A DNA stretch of 64,000 bases from Pavona decussata (lineage: Eukaryota), in contig CDRNST010000144.1 in the NCBI GenBank assembly GCA_977016875.1, positions 2,852,001 through 2,916,000 of the forward strand, given 5' to 3'. The notes under the pieces were generated by a model. That model made no database searches. It saw nothing but the letters and a program-made list of their open reading frames with translations, and was not told the origin of the DNA. Of the stretch, positions 1 to 12,545 are shown one piece after another (the first letter of the stretch is position 1; each line of letters opens with the position of its first letter). The translations under genes were made by a program, and so were the position numbers.

Positions 1-209
1 GTATGCGTGGTAAACATGTTTGTAACTCTTGCATAATCACTGCATTCAGTACACTACACGTGGTTGAGCGGCTGCTGTTAAATTTTGGAAATAGTGTGCA
101 GTCGGCTATCGTTCCGTGTGGAAACAACGATGAGCGATTGTTAAGATGAAGTCTTTTTAACCGAAAACTTCTTACACTGTCATTGCTGAACGGATTAGTG
201 GTCGTATTC
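1..209 (-). other. candidate orphan exon running off the window edge
   Basis: Strong acceptor (CTTTCTTTACATTTGCAG) at 210-227. One frame is open to the edge (NTTTNPFSNDSV...MQELQTCLPRI); the phase-1 frame gives GIRPLIRSAMTV*. Confidence 0.35.
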
Positions 210-346
210 CTGCAAATGTAAAGAAAGCTACCAGTGGGACAGTACGAGTATGGAATGAGTGGTCGCCGATGAAAGAACCTCCCTTCCAACTAGTAGTCAA
301 CAAGAAGATGAGTTTGAGTTTGTTGTTGCGCCTGTTTTTGAATTAC

Positions 347-380
<34 letters not shown>

Positions 381-397
381 CGTAGTAGTAGTAGTAC
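347..397. repeat. (TAG)n microsatellite
   Basis: Direct reading. Confidence 0.95.
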
Positions 398-723
398 TAG
401 GAGAAAAAGTTATGTTGTTAATTTTTTTCTTTAATAATAAACGATTAAGAACTCGTTGAAATGTTTAAGATTACTAATTAAGGGGAATAAGTCGAGCAGT
501 ATATGGCGAGGGGGGGGGGGGAATATATATCCCCCCCCCTCGTCATAATCCCCCCGCCTCAGCTATTGTTTTCAGCCCCGCCCTCCCCTTTTACAACCAA
601 AGCCGCACCCAGTTTTTCAGACAGTTAGTAATTGACAGGGGCTATTGAATATATTCAACCGAAAAGAACAAAGGAAACCGAGCCAACTGAAAAATAAGCC
701 TTTTTATTTATTTAGTTTTTTAA

Positions 724-2239
724 GGATACCTTCGCGGGTGTCCTTCACGAAAAAAAATATTCGCGCGCCGTCTTAAATGCAACAACCATAAACTATATAT
801 TAGTACAAAGCTAATGAAATGTACTATCTGGTAAAAATTATTTCGCTTTGATTTTTTCTAGCTGTAAGGAGAGTACGTCCCAAAAGACCAAAATTACTGA
901 TGTCTCTTTGAGCGAATTTATCGGGTATGGAATTCGACCGCAGAATCAAAACTACTGCATCATATCAATCACAAGGCATTCATCTTCAAAACCATGTGAG
1001 GTTTTTTCAATTTTCGTATTGGTTGCTTCGCAATTTTACTGTCAATTTTGATGATCAAAAACTTACCGATACGTTTTACGACGACGGCCATTGCGGGAGA
1101 TCAATTTTACAAAACGGAAATCCCTTACACGGTTTATTTTGCTCGGTGTCTTGGGAATCTTCGAGCCAAATTTCAAGGCAATCCGTCAAATCCTTGTACC
1201 GTATAAATTACTTTAAAGAGAGCACACTCGCGTAAAAACGAAGTAGGTTTTTCCCGCTTCTAAAGGTTTACAAACATTTCACGCCCTTGCTGCGCCATAT
1301 TTCAATACTGTGGATGCCACTGATGTCGAAAGCCAATAGAATTACAGGAGACCTACTACTAAGTCCCCTGAGATTACTGGTGTCGCGCCGGAAAATAGTT
1401 GAGTGCGTGACTGCAGCTCTATTACCAGTCAGAATTTCTCGGATTTCCTTGCGAAATGCCGGGCAGAAAAAATCTTCGAAGAAAAGGAAAACTGCAGTGG
1501 ACTCCACTGTGAGCCCCATCGATCCGAAAGAACAGCTGCAGGCAGAAATGCGGTCACTGGGGTACGTTGAAGGACTATTTATATATACCATTATCCATGC
1601 GAATAAATTGCCGTCGCAAGCTTGCAGTTCAATATCCGAACTTTTCTGCTTTGCAGATTTGATGGAGATATTTTCACTCGCAACATGGAGGCCAGCGTTG
1701 AGCGCAATATGTGGGGAGAGAAAGGGCCTCAAAGAACTCGATATATTGAATATCGTACCTGGGCTTATGCGCTATGCGCTTATGCGGTTTTGGCAAGAGT
1801 TTTTCGCCATCCTTCATCGGAAACTTTCTTCTTCTTTTTCTTAGGACCAGTTTTCTTCTTAGTTTTCAACCATGGACTCTTTTCTTTCTTATTTCTCGCC
1901 ATACAGGATACGCAAAACGAACACAAGCGAATAAGTGAACAAACCACAAGTTGCAAACGTAAACAAAAGGAAGAGAGGCGACATGAAATGAACGACTCCG
2001 GATGTTTTACCGCGAAAAACATCACGGGAAGCCCTGATGCTGATACATTTTAATTGGCTTATTGCACTCTGGCTGGTGATAGAATTTCATTTGAAAAAAC
2101 GTTTTTGTTGATAATTCGCGCCCGCCTCAAGATTTGAAATATTTTTTTTTGAAAATGAAGAGCGAGACTAGTAATGTTTAATTTGGCCTTTAAATTTTTT
2201 TTTGGCAAAAAAAACGACTCTCGAAGGTATCCGGTAACC
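724..2239. mobile_element. TTAA-flanked DNA transposon derivative (Kolobok-like), about 1.5 kb
   Basis: TTAA at 720-723 and 2240-2243; termini GGATACC / GGTAACC; GGATACCTTCG (724-734) inverted at 2222-2232. Confidence 0.65.
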
Positions 2240-2696
2240 TTAAGTTCTCTGCCCTATCTACCTTTTTTGAATGCCAAACACGTCTAAAGAGGATGGGAGG
2301 AGGGGGTAGCTAAAGGCTGTCCAGACGTTGCTCTGCAACTTTGTGCCCTTTTGTATTTGGAGCAACTATTGCTCTTGTTTTCATCTTGAACATTTTGTTC
2401 TTTCATAGTATTGTTTTGTCTTTCAGAACAATTTTAAGAGCCTTTATAAATGTTATGTCGAACGCTGATGACGTTTTAATTTGCACTTCGGTGGAAAACA
2501 AAGCAAAAAAAAAAAAAAAAAATAAAATAAAATGGAAAAATGGGCAAAAACCGTGCTTCAAAGTTTAGGTAACATGTTCTTGACTCCCTTTAGCCAAGGC
2601 GTTAGCTTAGCGAAAACATGCTAATTCTAATAGAAAAATTTTGGCACAAGGCAACAAGTTACTAAAAAAAAAAAGACAAAAAACGGTGGATATCTT

Positions 2697-3106
2697 TTAA
2701 CGACGGTGCCTACTAAAACAGAAGTATTTTTGCACGGTTTATGACTATGCGAAATAAGCAGATCTTAGAAAGGGCTATTCAAATCCAAAAAGAGAATCGG
2801 GGGTAGCCACGCTTTTTTCAGAGATAATTAAGCAACAATAATTCCAAAAAGCGCCAAAATACAAAACAAGGTATGATTTTTTTTTCCAAAATTGAGGCTT
2901 AATTATCTGTGAAATATGCGTGGCTATCCCTAACTACTTTTCGGATTCCAATAACCCTTGCCAAGGTCTGCTCTTCCCGCGTAGTTAAAAAGCGCGCAAA
3001 CATATCTCTGTTTTAGCTGGCAGCGCCAGTAAGAAACCCAAGTCTGTCGGACCATCCATGCGCAGAACGTATGCGTAGTAGCCAAAGGGAGGGGTACGGG
3101 CTTTAA
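2697..3106. mobile_element. palindromic MITE (GACGGTGCCTACT family), copy 1
   Basis: Internal inverted symmetry, TTAA at both ends, homologous to 15969-16342 and 24431-24600. Confidence 0.75.
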
Positions 3107-3428
3107 TGGAAACTAAAACAAGAGACCTTTTTTTTTATTCGCGTTGAAACGGCTTTATTTCCCACGCTGTTTACCTTATCTTCCAAGCAAATTACATGGT
3201 TGTTCATTTTTATCTATCAGCTAGGTTAAATCCATGTAATCTTTATTGCTTAAGCTTGGATCGAACGACGGCGGCGGCGACGGCGACGACGACGTTTCCC
3301 TAAAGAAAATAAAAATGAATAAATAAATGATGGGAAGAGCAGCAGACTGACAATAAATTGTACATAAAGAGCACTCAGTGCTGCTGGCAAGATGTTTCTG
3401 AACGTTTGAAACAACGAAATATCTAGTC

Positions 3429-3566
3429 ATTCAATCAATCAATCCATCAATCAATCAATCAATCAATCAGTCAATCGATCAATCAACCAATCAATTAATC
3501 AATTGGTCGGTCGGTCGGTCGGCCGTCGGTCAGTCAGTCACTGAGTCAGTCAGTTAGTCAGCCAGT
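3429..3566. repeat. compound (TCAA)n/(GGTC)n/(AGTC)n tetranucleotide repeat
   Basis: Direct reading. Confidence 0.85.
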
Positions 3567-4433
3567 GAATTAATAATTAACGAAATAATAACAAAAAACA
3601 ACAACAAATATGAGCCTCATTAAAACGGCGACACGATAATTTACAAAAAATCGTGAATCAAGGCTAACCTCTGGATCAGACAACTTTTTAACAATGGGAA
3701 AATTGCTGCACACTTTCAAGACAACTATATTTAGTGGCAAATTGTCACCTATTTATAGTGTTACTCTGAATGGCCCACAAATAGATTTGTTTTAATGGAA
3801 ATGTTACAGTAATGGTTCAGTTTTGTTAAAAATAACCCTAATAGTACAGTACAGAAACTGGTGTAAATTATCTTTGACTGCGGATGGCTAGGATTCATAT
3901 AGATTGCAACTTAGCAAAAATTAAATTGGCCATTTTCCTGAGTTCTTCCTGTGTATTTTGGAAAAATCGCAACAACCGATGATTGTTTGTTCTTTCCAGG
4001 CGAAAGCACTTCTCAGTGTCTAGAGTAAATTGATGTTAGAGAAAACGTACTTTGACAAACATTTAAGCAGTTCTGATATAAAAAACCCGAGAAATCTCCG
4101 TGACAGTGCCCATTTAAGCATTACTCCATGAGAGTACGTTGGATATGACGTGACAGATAGCATAACTTCATGATCCCATATCTAATAATCGCTGGTAGAA
4201 TAATCCTTCTAGTAAATGCAACCTAGAAATATTGCTGTTTCGTACTTTTTTCATTTTTTAAGAACGACTTGAAGACAATTTAAAAGTAGCTATTTCTTGG
4301 GAAGGGTGTAATGGCTGTTATCCCATGACATCCCATGGTTCATCCCATGATTCAGTTTCAAATAATGGTTGATAAGTTAATGAATCTTGCTTCAAATGTT
4401 GATAATTTTGTCGCTTAGTTATACTCGATTGAA

Positions 4434-4574
4434 AGATCCCTGCTGTTCTAACAGAACGTAACTTTTTATTTAATCGGGCTTTGTCATAAACATTGTACCT
4501 TGTTTGGGCCTAAACTGTGCCATACATGTATGTTTCATAACTGGATTTTCAAAGGAATATCCAGCCACGATACA
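4434..4574 (+). repeat. 141-bp segment duplicated at 7999-8139
   Basis: Direct repeat with 3 visible substitutions. Confidence 0.95.
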
Positions 4575-5280
4575 CGCATTCCATTTGGCAGAACTGATCC
4601 GACCAGTGAGTTCACGAATGGAGTGTTTGTTACATTCTAGTCCTTAGTTTGCTGATTTGAAAAATATCTACTGCAACAGCCTTTCACCAACTTCCATTAA
4701 AAAGTTACCAATTTAGTGGACCAATTCTGACAAGTGGAAAGCCTCCCTTAGGCACAAAGGAAAAACTTGAAAATGTACGCCCGAGTTTTTCAAGTTCTAA
4801 TCATTTCAATTTGGTAATCCAAAGACAGCTTTTAGGGGCCTTAAGTACGACAGCCTACTTGTACCACGTAGCCGAAGTGTCTAAATACTTAATCAGTGGT
4901 CGGAGCGGCGTTCAAGAAAGAAAGTGATCGAACAATTTACCATCATGTACTCACGGATTGCAAAGAACTTGAAAAATGTAGTAATAAATATTTCACATTT
5001 CTTTTTTGACGTGTAAGGCAAAATATACCAAATTTATAACGAACGTGCAGTGCAATCGTTTCGCTGATTAACCTTGTTGCTTTGTGACGTTTTTACCGCC
5101 GTTAAGTTGCCATGATAACTGCTTTATTTCCCTAAAAACAGTTTTAGTTGTCTGTAATAGTACCTTGGTGGTCCTTGATGGATTGATACTGGACAATCAT
5201 TTTTTAACAGATAGTCTGTCATCTCCAGAAAAATACGAACAGCTAAATACCCGAGAGAGGTATTAAAAGAGTTAGAGTTA

Positions 5281-5471
5281 CTAACCGATGCTGAAGTCGA
5301 ATTCCACGTTAACTTTTATGTACTTGGTGTCCGAACCAAATGCGTTCTCCACCTTGCACTCATACGAACCGTGATCGTGTTCCATCACCTTGGTGATGAT
5401 GTACCGAAGACCAGCTTGATTACCGTCCTTATCAAGGATGTATTCTTGCTTCACTGGACCACCAAAACCCT
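5281..5471 (-). CDS. exon 25, Ig domain C-half and stop (…[31 protein letters not shown])
   Basis: D.G.Y.C...N..G motif, TTTCAG acceptor, in-frame TAG followed by TAA. Confidence 0.88.
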
Positions 5472-8400
5472 CTGAAATTAACGAAGGGTTTATTATTTTC
5501 AGAACATACAGTGATTGGAAAAAAATATCTTAATAAGTTAGAGGAATGCCTTATTCTTTTACCGATGTCCGAGAATGTGATATAAGGACTTTCTATTGAT
5601 TGTGAAAAGGTGAAAAAATTAAGCTAAAAAAAAAAAAAAAAAAAACAATCCGGAGAGGAGGGGGGGGGGGGGGAGGGGGGTTCTATATGTCTCCTTGTCG
5701 CAATATTTGGCTCTTTGATCAGCCTTTCATTTTCTAGGTTCTTTCACAGAAGTCTGTGGTTTAGAATGAAACTAAACGACATGATGCGAAGACCAGTAAA
5801 AGTAGATTAACTGAGCAAGCATATGAAAATACTACTACTACTACTACTATTACTACTACTACTACTACTACTACTACTAATAATAATAATAATAATAATA
5901 ATAGCAAAAAAAAAACCACACAACACCTGACACTGGAACCGTTTTCATGATGGTAAACGTAGGTAGCGGCAGACCATAACCGTGGCATTCAAACTGAGTC
6001 TGTTGGTTTTCTGTGGCGTTGGTAGGATTCGGTCCAAACTGCGAAATCATCGGTGCTCCTGTATTAGAAAAATTCAAATTGAAGCTATTGATAAGAAAGT
6101 TTCTACGCTTAAAAGGTAATTTAAAAACGTTTTTTTGTGTGACCACTTAGAACTAAGGAAGGGTTAAGATATAGTTTCTAAATTTCTAGGAATGTTGCGT
6201 AACCTGCAGGCAACACGCGAGATGCTTAAAGAAGTTTATCGTGCAAAGTACAATGGGTTTTTGCAACAACTGTTTTTGTCTACTGTTATGCAATCAACAC
6301 GCATGACATATTCATTGGTTAGAGTATGATGTAGAAATAGGGCAGAAAATATCAGTACAAAATAAATATCAATCCCATATCCAACGATGATTGCAGCTTA
6401 CAGCCAAATTCGTTGTATCACGCTGCGCGTTTTGCAAACGCGATTTTGCGCGTTTTGCAAAAGAAATGTTGGGTTTTTGTGTTGTGTCAATCATCTGATT
6501 GGGGGGCAGGGTTATGCAAATAACAACGGAACGCTCTCGCTTGAAGGGTGTTTTCCTGCTCGCTTCTTAACCTCCACAGGGCGTAACTAAGGTACACGAC
6601 TCAGCAGTGAATACAAATTTCTCTAAAAAGTCGCGTGCGCACCACACTAGAATTGAAAATGCGATTTAAAATCTTACGAATCTGAAATAATTAGTCACTT
6701 CGCTTGATGCCATGGCAGCAGGAGTTTGAGTACCTATTTTTTCCCCAAATTTGGATTTTTGTGCCTCTTTATGAGAAATTTAAAGTTTATTCTTTTAACT
6801 TTTACATATTTACACGTTTTCGATTCCTTGGTTTTCGTGAACCTTAAAACTAATTTGGACGAATTTTTACGGTCTTAGAGATATCGAGAAATTCAAGATG
6901 GCGGTTGTGAATAGCAAATGACTTGGTTGTCACTTGAAATGACGTCATCAATCAATTTCATGGACAAAGGAAACAGTTTTGGACATAATATATACTCTCC
7001 AAGTCTCATTCTCATTGCCTTAATGGCTAAACATGGTAAGACGCCACCGAACTAGTTCTTTTATATAATTTGCAAAACTAAGCTTTAGGTTTAAACCTGT
7101 GACCATTGCAATAAAAATGTAAATCAAAGAATGCTTCGAAAGGGAGTTTAGGAGGTTTGCACTATGTAAAAAAAAAATCCCTAAAGAAAAAGCTAAAAAT
7201 ATTCAATTGAATTAAAAAAAATCTCATGTTTACAATTATACAAAAAAGAACAAAATTAAAGAGTGAAGAAATATTATAAAATATGTATAAATACTACAAT
7301 ATATTCAAAAACGATCCTAAATCACCTTTAAAAATTGTAACATTTGTGGCCCCGACGAACCGGTCAGGGAAATCGCTTCATTCGTTAACGATTCTTACAA
7401 AAAATGAACTTTTATAACAGTTACAGTTTATATTCCTTGAATTTCAACTTGGAGTAAACGCAGTAAATGCTCTGATCCTGTGAGGCTTACTAAATAACAG
7501 CGACAATAATAACACAAGTGGCAAGCTTACCTCCACAGGAAAGAGAAGACGTTGATCCTGTAGAAATGGTGGTGGTTCCATTGGGGCATTTCTCGCAAGT
7601 CTTCTGGCCAGTTTGGCTTTGGAAAGAGCTTATTGGGCAAGCCTGACATGGCGAAAGGTTCGCAGGGATATCAAATCCCGAGGTAGAGAACTGACCTTTA
7701 AAACATTGGGCTATGTGCGAAAGAAACACGAGAGCTAAGAATTTTGCAAGAAACCGTAAAAAAGGTTAGAAGTAACTCACAGCACGCTTTCCCATGCTCA
7801 TTTTTTTTTTATATTCATTCATACACTTGCTTGGAGAGAGAGAGGAAGGTGATCGCTCAAGGGGTGGGGAGGGGGGTAGGGGTGGTGGTAAATGGGGTCA
7901 GTTAGTACGAAAAATTGCACAGTGCCCCTGGAGGTATTATTAAATAAATTAAAATTCTGGAGGCTACAAATGTTCCCAAGGGCCTCAGGACAAAGTCTAG
8001 ATCCCTGCTATTCTAACAGAACGTAACGTTTTATTTAATCGGGCTTTGTCATAAACATTGTACCTTGTTTGGGCCTAAACTGTGCCATACATGTATGTTT
8101 CATAACTGGATTTTCAAAGGAACATCCAGCCACGATACATTCGTGGTGGTAGGGGTGGTGGTAAATGGGGTCAGTTAGTACGAAAAATTGCACAGTGCCC
8201 CTGGAGGTATTAAATTAAAATTCTGGAGGCTAAAAATGTTCCCAAGGGCCTCAGGACAAAAGTCTAACGAAAATTACCGGTGCAGGTTTTCGATCCTTCT
8301 ACCAAAGTCGAGCTGTTGTCAGGACATTTGGTACAGCTCAAAGATCCCTCCTGGCTGCTTACAAAGCCAATGGCACAGTTCTTACAAGTCTTTGTGTCCA

Positions 8401-8605
8401 CATCGTAGTACATTCCTTTCTGGCACTTAACTGTGGGCGAGAAATACATATAAATAAATACTTTAACGAATGGATGAATGTTCTCGTGAGCAAGCAAGTG
8501 AACGAAGGAACGAACGAACGTACAAAGAATGACTGAGTGACTTACTGACTAGGCAATTAAATGACAGACTGGACGACTGATTGACTGACTGAATAACTGA
8601 CTTTC

Positions 8606-8644
<39 letters not shown>

Positions 8645-11600
8645 GTGACTAACTGAGTGACTGACTGATTGAATAGTCGGCTGACTTACCGACTGACTGA
8701 CTGAATGACTGAATGAATGAATGAATGGACGGATTAATGGATGAATGAATGAATGAAAGTGAATGAAAGAATTACCGAATGAAGACTTATCCTTACAACG
8801 GAGATAAGATTGCTCTTAAAACAAAGAAAGATAGAGTGCACCAAAGCAAAGAAAACTGTATCCTGACATTCGACAAATTACTTGTTATCCTTGAGACTTT
8901 GCTAAAATAAGCGTTGGTATACAAATGAGCCGAAATATATCGGTTTTCATACAAGCCAGTGTACTCACCACAAATGTTTTCCGGTGTAGCAAAACCTATA
9001 AATCCCTGTTTAACATAGGTAGTGCTACAAGAGTCGTCGTTCTCTGGGCTTTTGAAATCTAGGAAATTAATAAGGAGGATATTGATGAGATAATAATAAC
9101 CAATCGGTTTTGATGGTGTGGTCTCAAGATTATAGAACCAAAGTAGGATTCTCACCAAAGACATCAATAAGGGGAAAATTCAGACCATATGCATGATAGT
9201 TCATAACAATCATTATCATTATCAACCGCATCGATTAAACAACAACAACAACGGCACCGTAAACAGGCAACATTTGAAAACTGTTCAATACAGCTTCTCT
9301 GCGTGGTGTTTTTTTATTTTGCCATTTGTGAGCGCCTCGCTTACCCTAAGATCATTATCTCCAACGACATTAGCATCTCCCGACCAGCCCACCTAAATCA
9401 GCTGTAAGCGCTGGCTTATAGTGATACTAACCACTCAGTACAAAATGTACTATAACAACAACTGAAAAGCAACGACGACGACGACTACGACAACAACAAC
9501 ATGACAACAACAACAACGGTATTCACATTTTTCAAATAGTGTATATCACAAACTTTGCAACAGCAAGAGTAATGCTTACCAACGCAATCTGGAATTTCGC
9601 CATATCCTGGGTCAGAAACAGTTGGATCGCACGTGAAAAAATAACCCAACTTGAACATCTTCTTATTTGAATTGCAGGTTAATTGGCAAAATTTGTTTCC
9701 GTTAAAATCAGTGCACGTAAAGTTACCATTTTCGGGATCAGGTGGTAAATCGCATTGCAGTTCTGTTAATACAAAATTACAAAATAAGTGTGGTAGACGA
9801 CATGATGAAATTGCTAAACTTCTGCTCTGACGACCTGGATCAAAACGAGCTCCTCTTTGAGTGCAGCAAAAAACAAAAATAAAACAAATATAAAAAAAAA
9901 AAAAACACAAAAAAAAACCAGTTTATTCTGTTCAACCTTGCCTTCAGTTGAATGCTTCCTCCTACCTAACGTCAAGCCAATTAATGCTATGACAAGGAAG
10001 CTTCGAAAGAATATAGTACGTGTCCGAAGCTGTTTCCCGTGAGGTCCACAAGGTACAACGATGACCTCACGTCAATTACGTCATTTTTTCTGTACAGTCG
10101 CTATCTTTCATCTGTTATGTTGAATTTCTAGATTTCTCTACCGTCCAACAATATTTAAAATTTTGGCGGTGAATGAGAACGGTTTCAATCACTTATCTTA
10201 AGTGACCGATCACATTAATTAAAACCGTAGGATAAACAACAATCACTGATCGTTTCTTATATGAAAGCAATGTTTGTTTACAAAATAGTTTATTATAATT
10301 GATGAAAATCGATTTGGAACAATTTTAAGTAACACCCGTTTAAAAGAAATGCTAAGAAGTTCGATTGTGAAATTTTGAACTTACTCGATCGGGAAGGTAT
10401 TTAGCATTTTAACGAGACCAACGCCATTTAATGAATGACCTTTTGAGTAGAATAAGAACAGACACTTACTTTTAACATTAACTTTGAATTCACATTCTGC
10501 TTGATTATTATCAGCATCCTTGGCCGTATACCTGACATTGGTTGAACCTGTATCAAACGTGTCACCGGGATTCTTTGTAGCTTCAACGTTGGTGACTCCG
10601 ACGTTGTCGGTAAACGTAGGTGGTATCCAGGTAACCGTTTGGGAGTTTTGTGTTGTTGTCACGAATACTCCCTCATAAGGACAGCTTGACACTTTAGGTG
10701 CTTCCTTATCTGTTGTTAGTAAGACAAAAACAAAAGCAAACAAACAAACAAAAAAACAAAAAACAAAAAAATAATCTAAAACACATAAACACCAAAAGAA
10801 AGGAGGAAAACGATTAACGCTAATCCAAAACAAAAATTACCCGAAATCTCGGGAGTTTGAGAAACGCACCCCAATAGGTAGTTAGGACCACCCGAATGAG
10901 CTACCAGGTTCAAAGTGCAAATTCATGATAATAAATAAAGGTCAAGTAGCTGAAACGGGGATTAATGCCCTAGCTAGGTTTATACATGTATATGATGCTA
11001 TATTGACCAAGCGTAAGGTCAAGATGGTTGGATATTGGCTATTGTCGAAACAAGAACGAGGCTAATATTTAACAAGCCTGGTCAAAAAAGGATAATATGG
11101 CTTTAACCTCAGTTAAAACTACAAAGACAGCAAAAAACTGTTCTACGCGAACAGAAATTGCTTTCAGCTGGCCGGCCAGCGTAAGATTTGTTTTCAGGGA
11201 CTTAGACAAAATGAAAAACTATTTTCATGAAACGCGTTAGCCTGGCTTCTGATTGATGACATAATCTGCTCCAAGAAACTCTACATGTTTCACACAATAT
11301 ATCTTTGTGACTATCTGTCTTATGTCTCCTCTTATGCTAATAATTTGGTTGAAGCAAAGACCGAGATACAACATAAGCCGGGGCCTCTGTTAGAAAATGA
11401 CTCGGTTACCGTTAAGAGCTGAAACAACTGAAGCCTATGAGCCTTCCGCTCCAGCGTTGTACGGTTCTTGAGCAACTGACCGGGATATCACCCGGGAACA
11501 TTCCATTATATACATGTTACCTTATGAATTTGCAAAGAAAGATGTTCGACGAAAATTCCGGCTCAAAAGAACATTTAAGTATGAAATATATTTTAAGAAT

Positions 11601-12490
11601 TATTCTGTCTGTATTTCTTTTGATATTGTTATTGTTTGTGTTTTCTATTTTTGTGGAGGGCCATTTTGTAAACTACCGGGTCACCAATAATCTGTGGCCA
11701 TACTCATGAAGTCTCAAATGTTCATTCATTTAAACATTAAAAAAAAATTGATTTTGTAATTTGGTATATTTTGTGACTTGACGAAAATCTGGCTTTGGTC
11801 GTCTTTAATTCCCATCAAAGCCGTGACAAGGTGCACCAAAGGAATCGACCCTAAAATGGTTTTCAAAGATACTAGGTGATATATGATATATGATTGGTGT
11901 TTTAATTCCCTTCACCTATATTATACCTTCGGTTTGTATTAAAGGTACGTTGTAAAAGTTAACACTTGACAGTAGCTTCCTTTGATAGTATTTGCATAAA
12001 ATCTTTGAATAAAACCAAACACGGTCTTCGCCACCGACCAAACATATGCCAAAGTTCGTTCAGCAAGGAGGAAGCAAGTCCGTTAGCAGGTCAAAATGAC
12101 TTTAGATATTTCTCTATTACAGTTCGCGTCCATTTAGCGACCCCGATCAATCTTCCGCCTTGCACTTGCATTGACTTACCCCCGTAGGCTGCCCTTGATT
12201 ACGCAAAATATTTCGATCAGCAAGAAGCATTGGCAGCGAAACGAAACAAATTATAAAGCAATTTATGACAGTATATACACACATCATTTAACTATCGCAC
12301 CAATAACCTGGATTACAATTCAAATGCACTTGTCTATTCGTTATGGACCAAAAAGACGTAGTGACCGTGTTATTGTGTAAAGTATGTAAGTGTTAGTAAT
12401 TCAATATTTTGCGGTACAAGTAACTTTGCTGATTCTGCTATTTGCAACGCCATTGTGTTAAATACAATTCCCCCCCCCCCCTCCAAAAAA

Positions 12491-12545
<55 letters not shown>

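Noticed and set aside
259-459. ORFs with poly-Val/Leu/Tyr/Thr runs (also 5761-5988 and 60541-60754)
   Set aside because: Translations of trinucleotide microsatellites
5164-5242. Possible extra exon just after the Ig exon
   Set aside because: It would need a 43-nt intron, much shorter than any other here, and the peptide has no domain signal
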